IMG/VR virus record: IMGVR_UViG_3300024999_000030
Span: 62,001-126,000 of that record
DNA: 64,000 bases
Strand: one strand, 5' to 3'
The notes beneath the pieces are model-generated. The model searched no databases and was not told the DNA's origin. It saw only the letters and a list, made by a program, of their open reading frames with translations. Position 1 is the stretch's first letter. Every line of letters begins with the position of its first letter. Positions 1-10,489 of this stretch are shown piece by piece. The position numbers and the translations under genes were made by a program.

Positions 1-1
1 G

Positions 2-772
2 GGGAAGGGAACTGTTTCTTCTACTGTAACTGGCGCTAGAGGCGCAGCTCGGGTTGGTTCTGGTGGCTCACCTCCAGGCACTATTAGAGGTCAATATGGG
101 GAAACGAGAATAGACAGTAGAGGTCGTAGATATTTACATAGTGGAATTGATATTTCCGGTAAAGAAGGAACAGTATTTCCTTCTCCTGTGACGGGGATAG
201 CCACCTATCACCCAGAGGGTTTTCCTGGATATAAAAATATGGGAAATACGGTTAGCGTAATTACTGGTAACGAGGAGCATGTGTTTGGTCATTTATCTGG
301 TATTCCCGATGGGTTTAAAAACGGTCCAGTAAACATTGGTGAACCAATTGGTCTAGTTGGAAGTACGGGCCGCTCTACGGGCCCGCATATTCATTACGAA
401 GTGAGGAGTTTAGACTCTTCTAATCGTTCACGCACGGCTGGTGGCAGAATAGTTACTATCGAACCACCTCAAAATAATGTTTTATCATTACGCGCAGCGG
501 TAAGTAATCTTCCACCTCGTATTTCGCCCACTGTGCCTAAGTTACCCTCTTCATTGCCAACTAGTGACGTCACTTCATCGTCCAAGTTAATCGCTAGCAA
601 TGAAATGGCAACCAACACTAAAGCCCCTTCTTCGCAGATGGATTCAAATCAAAATGAACCCAAATCAAAGGGGCCCGTTAATAAAACTACAACTGTTAAT
701 GCCGCTCTCATTCAAACCAAAAATGCTCCTCTTGAAAATGAATCTACTGGCGGAACCCCAGGAAGCAAATGA
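2..772 (+). CDS. 5'-truncated virion/tail protein with M23 (LytM-type) metallopeptidase domain and S/T/P-rich C-terminal tail
   Basis: Frame is open from nt 2, upstream of the track's GTG at 188. It has HSGID (HxxxD, nt 137-151) and GSTGRSTGPHIHYEV (HxH), both M23 zinc-ligand motifs. Its stop overlaps the next ATG (ATGA, 769-772). Confidence 0.85.
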   Translation, partial: GKGTVSSTVTGARGAARVGSGGSPPGTIRGQYGETRIDSRGRRYLHSGIDISGKEGTVFPSPVTGIATYHPEGFPGYKNMGNTVSVITGNEEHVFGHLSGIPDGFKNGPVNIGEPIGLVGSTGRSTGPHIHYEVRSLDSSNRSRTAGGRIVTIEPPQNNVLSLRAAVSNLPPRISPTVPKLPSSLPTSDVTSSSKLIASNEMATNTKAPSSQMDSNQNEPKSKGPVNKTTTVNAALIQTKNAPLENESTGGTPGSK

Positions 773-3588
773 ACGAACAAGATAAAAATATTCAACGTGC
801 GACTAAAGCAGCTATAGAATCTTCTAATGTTGCATATGAGTCATATTTACGCGTTCTTCAGCGATTAACGCGGTCCTTTAAGTTAATGGAAAATACTGCT
901 GATGATATGAATAGTATTTTAAATGATCAAATTAAAACTTTATCAGATTCTGGTGTAATAAGAAATCTTACTTCCATGATGAAGAAAAGTGAAAATTTAA
1001 AAATTAAAACAGCTGGCAATTTATTAGAATCTGGAGCTAATCTTATAGACACAGTAACAACATTTGAACAAGCTATGATTAAAACCAAAACTAGTGCAAT
1101 TCAATTAGGAGCCTCTTTTGGGCAAACCACGGAAGAAGTTAGTCGATTTGCTAATGCCACACTTTCTCATATTGGTGAATTAAAATCAACACTACATGTT
1201 CAGCAAGACAGAATAGATCAATATCTTAATACTGTAAAAATGATGGCAGGTTCTTATGCCATGCTTAATGCTCAAATTATTGATTCTAGCGGTAATGTTG
1301 TTGATAATTTACAAAGCACTTTATTTAAATTTAGCAACGCCTTTCAATATGATATTATTCCCCTCACTAAGATGGTATATGGCGCCGCTGGTAGAATGGG
1401 CGCCTCCGATGATCCAAAAATTGCAGCATATAGAATGATGGAAGCTTGGGTAGATGCAACTAAAATGTTACGTATAGTTGGAATGTCTACCACTAAGGGC
1501 CTTGGAGATTTAGCTTCAATTGTGGCTGGGACAGAAGGTAGTATTGTAGATGGAACTAGGCGCATTGCGAATATTACATCTTTATATACTAGTGTTTTTA
1601 CTATTTTAAGAAATAAGGGACAAGAAGCTTTGACTGATGAATTTACGCGCATTATGGATGATGGAATGCGAAATTTATCTCCAGTTATATCTGGTCTTAT
1701 GGTGTCTGGTGGTTTCGCTAAAAATATTATTGGTGATGTTCAAGATCCATTAGTTGGCGGTATGATGTTGCGTGCTGCAGTTCGAGCTGGAAAGGATTTA
1801 AGAACTGGAAAAAATGTTTCCACAAATGATGTTATGGATATGATTATAAACACTCTTGAGGGTTCTGCTAAAACGCCCCTCTTTGTTTGGGGCCCAGAAT
1901 TTACTAAGGGCTTAACTCATTCACAAGCTAACACAGCGGCCAATCAATCTTTGTTGTTTGATCAATTACTGTCTAGTGTCTTTGGAGTTAAAGATAAAAA
2001 CCAAGCAATGTTAATGCGTGGAATTTTAATTGATTATAAAAAAACTAATAAAGTTACAGAAGCTAATTATAAAAAAATGCAACAAACAATGGGAAATGGT
2101 TTAAGTGAAGCTGAAGCAATAGAAAGTATGAAAAGAACCACATTACAGCAAATTTGGGACCATGTTTCTGGTATGTATATGAAAGCGATTGGAATGGCTG
2201 GTAATAATGTAGAATCCACTAAACGTAAATCCGATATATTATTTTCTCTTACTTCTGGATCTAAACAACACTATATAGATACTAGATTGGAAACCTTTCA
2301 AAAGGAAAATAAAACAGATAAAGTAGTGGCTGCAACAGCGCTTGGTAAGCAATGGGAAAATATGAAGCGCGCAGATGTTATGGCTTCTTCTGATCCCATA
2401 CATGGTTCAGAATATATAGCCGACACACTTAAAGAAATTTCTAAGAAATATGCATTACGTGTGAAACTAACTGCTGCGGAAGAGGCAATTTTAAATGACC
2501 CAGCTTCTTCAGCAGAAGCTAAAATGTCAATATATGGTAAGGCACTGGGAATAGTAGTTGCTCAAGATTTGTCGGCATCAGGAATTAAAGACGAAGCATA
2601 CACCCGCGAAGCAATCACTGCATTAAATCCCTGGAGCGTTGAAGCAGAGGCTAATGAAAAACGAGCTAGATTACAGGGAGAAGCCTTGACACCTATGGGT
2701 GGTTCAGGTGGCTCTCTCGCCGCCGCCTTTAAAGAAACAACTCAAGGTAGTTCTACATCTTTAAAAGATATAAAACAACAAGGTATTCCATCTGGAGACA
2801 CCGAGGGAGTTACGATGCACGGCCAGGGCCAAATTCTTAGACACCAAGAAGGAGAGGCTACGATAGGGGCTTCAGATATGTTACGTATTCAGAACATGGG
2901 TGGCTTACAATATATTCTTAGTAAAGCAAAAATGCTTTCTGAAGCTAACCTTTCTGGTGCAGCATTAGATGAATTAAAAGCTGAAGTAGCGGGAGTAGAA
3001 TCTGGACCAGATGGATATTATGCCGCTAATAAGCAAACAAGTGCCACAGGAAAATATCAATTTGTACAAAGCACAGCAAAAGAGCTTTATGAAAAACATA
3101 CGTCGGCATTTTCAAATATGGGTGTTTCCACTCAAGATTTTTCGTCTAAAGAGTCTATGCGCCAAATGATGTTTGGTCCTGAAGGTGCTAAAATTCAAGA
3201 AACAATGATGGGTTTAGCGGTTCAGGATTACGCTAAAGGGCTACGTAATATAAACATACCAGTAACAGCGGAAACTTTAAAATTAGTACATTTTATGGGT
3301 CTTGGTGGTTTTAAAAAATGGATTAAAGAAGGGGCATCATTAGATTATAATCCAACAGCTGGTGGTGTCAAAAATGCTACAGTTGGTCAATATTTAGGAT
3401 TAGGTAGACGTTCTGGAGCAATGGCATCGGCGGTTGCCTCTCAGCTAACTGTTGGTGGAATGGATAATTGGTTTGATGTAGACGCGGGTCCTCAAGAGAT
3501 TAAGATAGATAAATTGATTGCAGCAGTAAACACATCGGGTGCTCGCACTGGTGAAGAATATCGTCTTCAGGCAACTATTAGGTTTTAA
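769..3588 (+). CDS. Tape-measure-like protein with C-terminal lysozyme/lytic-transglycosylase-like domain
   Basis: 939 aa, mostly helical and A/S/M/K-rich. C-terminal AGVESG (catalytic-Glu-like), SATGKYQFVQST and VHFMGLGG match the lysozyme-fold motif order. It precedes the baseplate genes. Confidence 0.7.
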   Translation: MNEQDKNIQRATKAAIESSNVAYESYLRVLQRLTRSFKLMENTADDMNSILNDQIKTLSDSGVIRNLTSMMKKSENLKIKTAGNLLESGANLIDTVTTFEQAMIKTKTSAIQLGASFGQTTEEVSRFANATLSHIGELKSTLHVQQDRIDQYLNTVKMMAGSYAMLNAQIIDSSGNVVDNLQSTLFKFSNAFQYDIIPLTKMVYGAAGRMGASDDPKIAAYRMMEAWVDATKMLRIVGMSTTKGLGDLASIVAGTEGSIVDGTRRIANITSLYTSVFTILRNKGQEALTDEFTRIMDDGMRNLSPVISGLMVSGGFAKNIIGDVQDPLVGGMMLRAAVRAGKDLRTGKNVSTNDVMDMIINTLEGSAKTPLFVWGPEFTKGLTHSQANTAANQSLLFDQLLSSVFGVKDKNQAMLMRGILIDYKKTNKVTEANYKKMQQTMGNGLSEAEAIESMKRTTLQQIWDHVSGMYMKAIGMAGNNVESTKRKSDILFSLTSGSKQHYIDTRLETFQKENKTDKVVAATALGKQWENMKRADVMASSDPIHGSEYIADTLKEISKKYALRVKLTAAEEAILNDPASSAEAKMSIYGKALGIVVAQDLSASGIKDEAYTREAITALNPWSVEAEANEKRARLQGEALTPMGGSGGSLAAAFKETTQGSSTSLKDIKQQGIPSGDTEGVTMHGQGQILRHQEGEATIGASDMLRIQNMGGLQYILSKAKMLSEANLSGAALDELKAEVAGVESGPDGYYAANKQTSATGKYQFVQSTAKELYEKHTSAFSNMGVSTQDFSSKESMRQMMFGPEGAKIQETMMGLAVQDYAKGLRNINIPVTAETLKLVHFMGLGGFKKWIKEGASLDYNPTAGGVKNATVGQYLGLGRRSGAMASAVASQLTVGGMDNWFDVDAGPQEIKIDKLIAAVNTSGARTGEEYRLQATIRF

Positions 3589-3600
3589 TGGGAGATAATT

Positions 3601-4260
3601 ATGGCTGAGTGGAAAAGACACTTAATGGTGTGGGAACTATATGATGGAACTATGGTTGAAATGTATATTAATCCACAACAAGTAGTATTCAATCATACTA
3701 AAAAAATTACATCCACTCGCACAAAGGGCGGGTTTGTTGTGCAATATTGGGGAGACGACCTTGATACTTTACAACTTACGGGCACTACCGGCTCCGCAGG
3801 AATAGAAGCGATTGAGGTATTGTATGATATTTATCGATCTGAACAATTAAGTGAATCTGGTCTTTCCGTTTTAGGCCAAATAGAAAAAAGATATAACAAA
3901 TCTTTAACCACAGACAAAAAACAAGATGATAATTCTCAAACAGCATATCATAGTTCAGATTTAGTGTCACGAGCCACACAGGTGACACTATGGTATGGCA
4001 ATAAAAGATATTATGGTTTTTTCACAAATTTTAGTATTACTGAATCGGCCTCTTCCCCAGGAGAATATACATATACTATTAATTTTACTGTATGGAAGAC
4101 GAAGGGTAGGGATGCCAATTATATGCCTTGGCATAGGACCGTTCAAGGTGAGCTTACCTTTCCCTCTTCAAGGGAAAACGAAAAAGCAGCTCAAAATGTT
4201 TCAACTCAGCAGGCAGCAGATAAACAATCTGCTTCTAAATCACAAATTAGTGAAGATTAA
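3601..4260 (+). CDS. Putative tail-tube initiator / baseplate protein
   Basis: MYINPQQV...TRTKGGFVVQYWG...LTGTTG and YYGFFTNFSITESASSPGEYTYTINF resemble tube-fold initiator proteins. It sits between tape measure and hub. Confidence 0.55.
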   Translation: MAEWKRHLMVWELYDGTMVEMYINPQQVVFNHTKKITSTRTKGGFVVQYWGDDLDTLQLTGTTGSAGIEAIEVLYDIYRSEQLSESGLSVLGQIEKRYNKSLTTDKKQDDNSQTAYHSSDLVSRATQVTLWYGNKRYYGFFTNFSITESASSPGEYTYTINFTVWKTKGRDANYMPWHRTVQGELTFPSSRENEKAAQNVSTQQAADKQSASKSQISED

Positions 4261-4287
4261 AATTTAATTTTAAAAAGGAAAGAATAG

Positions 4288-7200
4288 ATGTCTAATCCCA
4301 ATAATTATTCTATTGTGTTACATAAACCACCTAAAACGCAACCATCTTTACGGGTTAATTGGGAATATTCTCTGATAAATGGCGAAGCCCCTAACACTAG
4401 ATTTCCTTATTATTATCAAGAAAAAGATCAAGTGGGCTCATTTGTTGAGCCTAATGAGTGGAGGAAGGACGAGTCTCCTGGTTCTTCGACTGGAACCTCT
4501 TCAACCCCAGCTGTTAATCCATCCCCCACGGCTACACCAGAAAAAACACAACCTTCAAACGCAGCACCCTTAACCACTCCGTCGTCCGCCTCAGGTGGTC
4601 CAGAAACTATCTCTTGGGATGAGATTTCTGGCGTGGCCCAAACATATCGTAAACAAATGTTAGCTTCTGAATTAACATATACCAGAGAGTGGCGAGATGA
4701 TATTTTGAGAGTACAGGAGGGAAGATATAAAAGCTGGGAAGAAGCAGATGGTACATATTTTTCAGAACCAGGAACTATAGCTAAGGATTTACAACGTATT
4801 CCAGAAATAGATGCTAATAAATCATTAGTTGTTGTTCAAACACCCTCCGCATCTGTATATTTTAGGAAAAAATACTTTAGATTATTAACCTCCGCTGCTG
4901 CTTGGAGCCCTGCCTTTCAATCTGCTGTAACTGACTTGATGATTCAAAAAACAGTTGATATTTCTACTATTGAAGCTCTCACTAAATACAGATATATGTA
5001 TGGTGTGTCTGAAACAGATGCAGAGGGGACACTTACTAAAATAGCTAAAAACCATGGTACTGAAGCACCACAAAGTAAAGAATATAATCATTATCGTGCA
5101 TATTGGTATGGTAAACAAGTTACTGGTATTGATGTCGGTGGGGTTTTAGAAGTAACTAATTTTTCTTCATTAACTACAAATCTTTCCATAGACACTGGCG
5201 ATGCTGGTAGTTGTTCTATCACCTTAGAGGATCCATATAATTTATTATATGTGAGTAAAAAAGATATAGATAATCTATTTGATTATACTAAAGATTTAAA
5301 TAGGCAAGACAGTAAAACACGTCAGGATAGAGTTGATTTAGAAAAAAAACTTACAGATGCTCAAGCGGCGTTGACTATTGCTAATCAAAAAAGAGATAAA
5401 GCAGTTCATGATCTCGCAGCTGTATCGCCAACCACAGAACCATCTGGAAGTGTTACAGCTGCCGCACCAGATAGTGACCAAGTGCTTACTCAATTAGTTA
5501 AATCAATTCAAGTTAAAATTAATGATTCCCGCCGTGGGGGCGGTATACAATCAGTTTGGCCTAATGAATCAATTCCTTTTAATACAGATATTTCATTAAC
5601 AGAAGAAGACATGATTGCTATTTCCAAGGCTTTAATTTCAGAAGATGAAAACGCTATTATGCCTAAAGATAAATTAGATAATTGGTGGAGACAGCAGCTT
5701 AGTACTATTTATGACGACCAGGTTGTTAATCATCAGGAGTGGAGATCTAATATTTCCAAAGTTAGAGTAAGTACAATTGTTGGTGATCATCGTTTATCTT
5801 ATTTATTAAATAATGTTGAGCCCACGTGGTCCAATTTGGTGGCATTATATTATTCTTTACAATCAGACGTTTTCTCCACAGCTTTATCTACTAATCAATG
5901 TGAACAAATAACTTCGGTTCCATTAATGCAAGATATGTGGCATTCTTGGGGTAATAAGGTAATGCAAGATGCCGGTTCTTCAGCATATTTTTTAGATTTA
6001 GGGGTGAGTACAAATGATTGTACATCTACTTGCGGCGCGGCTATTAAAGCAATAGATAGATTTATGGCTTTAGCCACAGCTATGTCTTTAGTATATTCTA
6101 TGGCCTTAGATGTTTTAGATGCTGCTCCACCAGGAGACTCAACCGAGCCATCACCGCCAGAAAAAGAAAAAAATCCATTAGATATAATTAATGATGAAGT
6201 GGCAAATGCTGAAATATCCGTTGTCGATGCTCAAAAGGCTTTAGATAATTTTGATAGTGGACAAATTGAGCAGCGCCCTATAGCAAAACTTAAAAGTGGG
6301 GCTACTTTTACCCGTAAATCCGAAATAGATAATTTGTATAAATTTTTAGTAGGAAGAAGTGTGTTTACGGTAATGGACGAAATTTATGTTTGGATGTCTC
6401 CAGAAAAAGAAAATTTAATGGATTTCAATTTACTTCAGGAATTATACGATAGATATAAATTACTTCAATCTAAAATTAAAGATGGTGTACAAGAAAAGCT
6501 TCAAGAGGACATAGATGCACTTAAACAAGCTAAAGCAGACGAACTTAAAAAAACAGAAGAACCAAAGCCAGTTGAAACCCAAGCACAAGTTCAAGATTGC
6601 CAGTCTTTGATAAAAGAATTGGTGGCTCAAGGTATTGCTGTTATTCAAAGTCTTAGACCTTTAAGTTCACCTATGTGGAATCCTTCTGCCACAGACTTAG
6701 ATCCTGCACAATTATTTTCAACGGAATCTATTGCTCAACTTAAATCATTATGTACATACGATGTTGCTATGGGGCATGTGGATGCTTTTTTAAAAAACTA
6801 TACCATTGGTAATAGAAATTTAGCTCCCGAAACTATATTAACTATGAATTCTGATATGGATGTTTTTATTCCATTTCCTGCCAATTGGGACACTCTTATG
6901 TTTAAATATAGTGGATATTTTTTATATAATTTAACGAAGGGCAGCTCTCAAAGATGGATGGTTTATGCAGAAAACAGCACATCACCATTTGTTGGTGTAT
7001 CTTTTGATAGTCCAAACTTATCTACTTCACAGCTTGCTGAGTTAGCAACATACACTACTGCATATTTAAATTGGCGTTCTCAAATTATTATAGCTCAAAC
7101 TGGAAAATCTAAAATACATAGTGTTATTAATATTAAAAGTATTTTAAATGGTATTATTTCTATTATGCAAATCGTTTTACCTCCAATACATGATGGTCAC

Positions 7201-10161
7201 CAACAACCCCTCTATCTTCCAACAGATACTTTAAGGTTTGTTGGTAACAATAGGGGATCCTGTTGGTATAAAGATAATTTTTGGGATACTTTAGGTTTAT
7301 TTAATTACAATCAAAGCAATGCTCAATGCGCGGAAAACAATAGTGTGACCTATGATGCGGACACTAGTGCAGTGGTGTCAGAGGCTCTTTGGCTGTTGAA
7401 GGATTATTTATCTAGTTTAAATCAATCTTCTAGTGATAATTTTATGTCTTCTCAAGACGCTACAGCCAAAGAAGAAACAACTTCTGTTCAAACTTCTGAC
7501 CCCGCAATTGCTGGTCAGGTTGAAGCGGATGTCTCCGCCGAAGCTAATTCAAATAAACAAATGTCTGAATATTTAGCGGCAAATCAAGCTACACAGGAAT
7601 ATGATAATCAAATTACAGCATATACGGAACAATTAAATCAACTTAATGATTATAAAACAGAAATGGCAGATATTGAAACCAGATTTAAGGCTTTTGGTTT
7701 AAGTCCTACAACTATCCCTAAAGATTTAAGTCAGTTTATGGTGTTTGCTCTTTCTGGGGGAATGCAAGTTTTTAGTGGCGTTGTCACTCGGGTATCAGAA
7801 GCCTATAATGACGGAGTTCATACTGTAAATATTAATGCTTCTTCGGTAATGAGATTTTTAGAAATGACAAGATTTATTAATTCACCATCAGTTACTAACT
7901 TTGGTGGTTATTTGTATGACCCGATTGACGTAGAGGTAAAAGTAGAAACTGACGAGACCGTTACTCCAACGGGACATTTTAGTTGGAGACATGGTCAATA
8001 TTTTGTGGCGGGTAATGCTAACTCTATGGCTATTTTTACAAGCGCATACGACAGAGCTACTGCTTTGGAATCTATGACCTCTGATTACGTTAAACGAGTT
8101 GGGTTAGCCTTTGAGAAGGCACCTCTTCAATCATTGGATTCTGCAAACATTATATCTGTGATTACTACTGGGTTGGCCTTTAATCCACAATTATCCATGA
8201 AAGCCTCTATTCCAGATTCTAATCATTCTTTTAGAAGATATTTGGATACAAAAATTGCACAGTCTCCAATTCCAGATAAATGGATTAATTTATTGCAAAT
8301 TGCCGCCAATGCTCAAAATAAAGCTTTTGGAGATTTCACACCATTTGGATGGATACCAGCAGATATTTCTCTATATGACCCTAAAACATTTAAAGATGAG
8401 CAATATATACATCAAGTAATTATGTTTGATAGCGCGGAAGATTCCACTCCACTTCCATCTCCTCAGGGGGTCCCAAGAACAGAAGCACTTAAAGAAAATG
8501 AAAAATTTAGAGCACTTATTAATGGTGCTATATTTCCAGGTCAAACCCTGTCAGAACAAATTGTGTTATCAACCTATGGTCAAGTCGGAAAGTACAGAAA
8601 TATTGTAGCAACGGGCAAAAGAAGCACCTCGCTTGCTTGGGCTGATATGAAAATTACCGGGGCCCAGATAGACGAAGAATTAGATCAACTTAAAATATTA
8701 GAGTTAAGTAATATTCACAAGGACGATATAACTGAATTTAGAGTTGATAGTGTAATTGGTGGTTATCCAAGTGTAGATGCCCCCGATGATGATGCGTTAT
8801 TAAAATGTATCAATTATAGAGATGCCCAGTTAGCTGTATTGCAAAATAAACGTAGCGATGTAGTTATGAACATAGATCAGAATTTTGTGATTATAGATAT
8901 GACTTATATGGCTAGTATAGCTGTAAGGGCGTTTAATTTTCAAGTCAATCAAAACATGGAACTCTGGGATACGGATAGATTAAATCCTAAACAAATATGT
9001 GAAGACGTCGTAGAGCAATTAGATTGGGAATTTTTTCCAGACGCACAGGGTAATCTTTGGTATAGAAAGCCACAATATAATCGAGTTCCATTGAGTGTGT
9101 TTAAAGAAAAAATTCTACCATATGTTTTATCATTTTTGAAAAACTCACCAGATTTTGCGGAAGCTGGTAGTTGGGCAGATTGGGAAAGACAAATCGGCAC
9201 TGACGCAGCTAGCCAGAGATTATTAAAATATTTACCAGGTATAGATAAATCTTGGGTAAGGGCATATCAATATAAATATTTATTAGCACATTTAGTAGAG
9301 GTGGATTATCCAATTTCAGAAGAAGGTGTGGCTAAGGAAATATTTGGGGATTCTATTCTTCCATCTTCGTCCGCCAGGTCACATTATTATATTAAAGATA
9401 AAAATATATTAAGTTGGTCTTTCGATGAGAGTGAACCTAAATTTTGCCGCTTAAATGTACTGGGCAAATATGATGGACTTACTGATACTCCTGGAATTCC
9501 AGTTTATTTAACTGCAGCTGGAGTGGATTTTGATTTGTGGTATCATTATGGATTTAGAGAAGAAAAAGTACAAAAAGCATTTATAACCAATGCTCAAAGC
9601 CAGGGTATGCCATACGTTTCTGCTTATTTAACCAGGCAGTATTCTGCGCTGCTGAGTGGTTCAATACAAATAATTGGTAATCCGTTTTATCAGACAGGGG
9701 AAGTTATATATGTGGAAAGCCGTAATATGTTATTTTATGTAACAAAAGTGGCTCATAATTTTTCTTATAGTGGTCAATTTACCACTACTCTTTCTTTGGG
9801 GTATGGACACTATCCTGGAGTTTGGATTCCTAATCCATATGATCAAACTGCAGCATTGCTATCTCATGATACTAGATTTTTAACGAGTTATGATGTATCT
9901 AATTTCACTAAATTACTTGAGTTCAAAAGAGATAAAATAAAAAATGCCACGAGCGATCCGTCTAGCAATACTCACTCTGTAGAATGGAATGAAATATGCG
10001 GTTTAAATTGCGATAAAGAGAATATTATTAAGGCTACTTGGGATCCGAGCATAGTTGATAGATTAAGGGCCTCCCTCTATTATGATAGGGCTGAACATGA
10101 ATTAAAATTGGTATCAGAATTAAGATCCGCTACTCAATCTCCAGGACTTACAGAGGGATAA
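4288..10161 (+). CDS. Giant baseplate hub protein (gp27/VgrG/gpD-like) with large helical insertions
   Basis: Hub-type segments QVFSGVVTRVSE, WEFFPDAQGNLWYRKPQYN and GSIQIIGNPFYQTGEVIY...FYVTKVAHNFSYSGQFTTTLSLGYG; synteny agrees. Confidence 0.7.
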   Translation: MSNPNNYSIVLHKPPKTQPSLRVNWEYSLINGEAPNTRFPYYYQEKDQVGSFVEPNEWRKDESPGSSTGTSSTPAVNPSPTATPEKTQPSNAAPLTTPSSASGGPETISWDEISGVAQTYRKQMLASELTYTREWRDDILRVQEGRYKSWEEADGTYFSEPGTIAKDLQRIPEIDANKSLVVVQTPSASVYFRKKYFRLLTSAAAWSPAFQSAVTDLMIQKTVDISTIEALTKYRYMYGVSETDAEGTLTKIAKNHGTEAPQSKEYNHYRAYWYGKQVTGIDVGGVLEVTNFSSLTTNLSIDTGDAGSCSITLEDPYNLLYVSKKDIDNLFDYTKDLNRQDSKTRQDRVDLEKKLTDAQAALTIANQKRDKAVHDLAAVSPTTEPSGSVTAAAPDSDQVLTQLVKSIQVKINDSRRGGGIQSVWPNESIPFNTDISLTEEDMIAISKALISEDENAIMPKDKLDNWWRQQLSTIYDDQVVNHQEWRSNISKVRVSTIVGDHRLSYLLNNVEPTWSNLVALYYSLQSDVFSTALSTNQCEQITSVPLMQDMWHSWGNKVMQDAGSSAYFLDLGVSTNDCTSTCGAAIKAIDRFMALATAMSLVYSMALDVLDAAPPGDSTEPSPPEKEKNPLDIINDEVANAEISVVDAQKALDNFDSGQIEQRPIAKLKSGATFTRKSEIDNLYKFLVGRSVFTVMDEIYVWMSPEKENLMDFNLLQELYDRYKLLQSKIKDGVQEKLQEDIDALKQAKADELKKTEEPKPVETQAQVQDCQSLIKELVAQGIAVIQSLRPLSSPMWNPSATDLDPAQLFSTESIAQLKSLCTYDVAMGHVDAFLKNYTIGNRNLAPETILTMNSDMDVFIPFPANWDTLMFKYSGYFLYNLTKGSSQRWMVYAENSTSPFVGVSFDSPNLSTSQLAELATYTTAYLNWRSQIIIAQTGKSKIHSVINIKSILNGIISIMQIVLPPIHDGHQQPLYLPTDTLRFVGNNRGSCWYKDNFWDTLGLFNYNQSNAQCAENNSVTYDADTSAVVSEALWLLKDYLSSLNQSSSDNFMSSQDATAKEETTSVQTSDPAIAGQVEADVSAEANSNKQMSEYLAANQATQEYDNQITAYTEQLNQLNDYKTEMADIETRFKAFGLSPTTIPKDLSQFMVFALSGGMQVFSGVVTRVSEAYNDGVHTVNINASSVMRFLEMTRFINSPSVTNFGGYLYDPIDVEVKVETDETVTPTGHFSWRHGQYFVAGNANSMAIFTSAYDRATALESMTSDYVKRVGLAFEKAPLQSLDSANIISVITTGLAFNPQLSMKASIPDSNHSFRRYLDTKIAQSPIPDKWINLLQIAANAQNKAFGDFTPFGWIPADISLYDPKTFKDEQYIHQVIMFDSAEDSTPLPSPQGVPRTEALKENEKFRALINGAIFPGQTLSEQIVLSTYGQVGKYRNIVATGKRSTSLAWADMKITGAQIDEELDQLKILELSNIHKDDITEFRVDSVIGGYPSVDAPDDDALLKCINYRDAQLAVLQNKRSDVVMNIDQNFVIIDMTYMASIAVRAFNFQVNQNMELWDTDRLNPKQICEDVVEQLDWEFFPDAQGNLWYRKPQYNRVPLSVFKEKILPYVLSFLKNSPDFAEAGSWADWERQIGTDAASQRLLKYLPGIDKSWVRAYQYKYLLAHLVEVDYPISEEGVAKEIFGDSILPSSSARSHYYIKDKNILSWSFDESEPKFCRLNVLGKYDGLTDTPGIPVYLTAAGVDFDLWYHYGFREEKVQKAFITNAQSQGMPYVSAYLTRQYSALLSGSIQIIGNPFYQTGEVIYVESRNMLFYVTKVAHNFSYSGQFTTTLSLGYGHYPGVWIPNPYDQTAALLSHDTRFLTSYDVSNFTKLLEFKRDKIKNATSDPSSNTHSVEWNEICGLNCDKENIIKATWDPSIVDRLRASLYYDRAEHELKLVSELRSATQSPGLTEG

Positions 10162-10162
10162 T

Positions 10163-10477
10163 ATGACAGATATAGATACACTATTAATCAAATTACGTCA
10201 AGTGGCAGATGCTTTTTCTGGACACGGTTCCATCGACACTTATTTGGTGGTGTTATATGATCCACAGAAAGTAGTTGAACTTCAACAGTCGGGCATCATT
10301 AAATCTATGGCCGAATTAGACACCCTAACAATTAAAAATTGTAATGTGGTAATAGCTGAATTAAAAACCGAATTGGGTAACGCAGCAGACATATTTAATT
10401 TTCATACTGAAACACGTATTGATAGCGTGAGTGGTAACGGTTCTCAACTTTTCATATTTATCGACTATTTCGCTTAA
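10163..10477 (+). CDS. Hypothetical protein (104 aa)
   Basis: ORF tightly packed between hub and spike; no motif recognised. Confidence 0.6.
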   Translation: MTDIDTLLIKLRQVADAFSGHGSIDTYLVVLYDPQKVVELQQSGIIKSMAELDTLTIKNCNVVIAELKTELGNAADIFNFHTETRIDSVSGNGSQLFIFIDYFA

Positions 10478-10489
10478 GGCAAGGAAAAT

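Noticed and set aside
4257-4273. Palindrome TTAAAATT-T-AATTTTAA before the hub gene
   Set aside because: It is A/T only in an AT-rich genome and no second copy was found.
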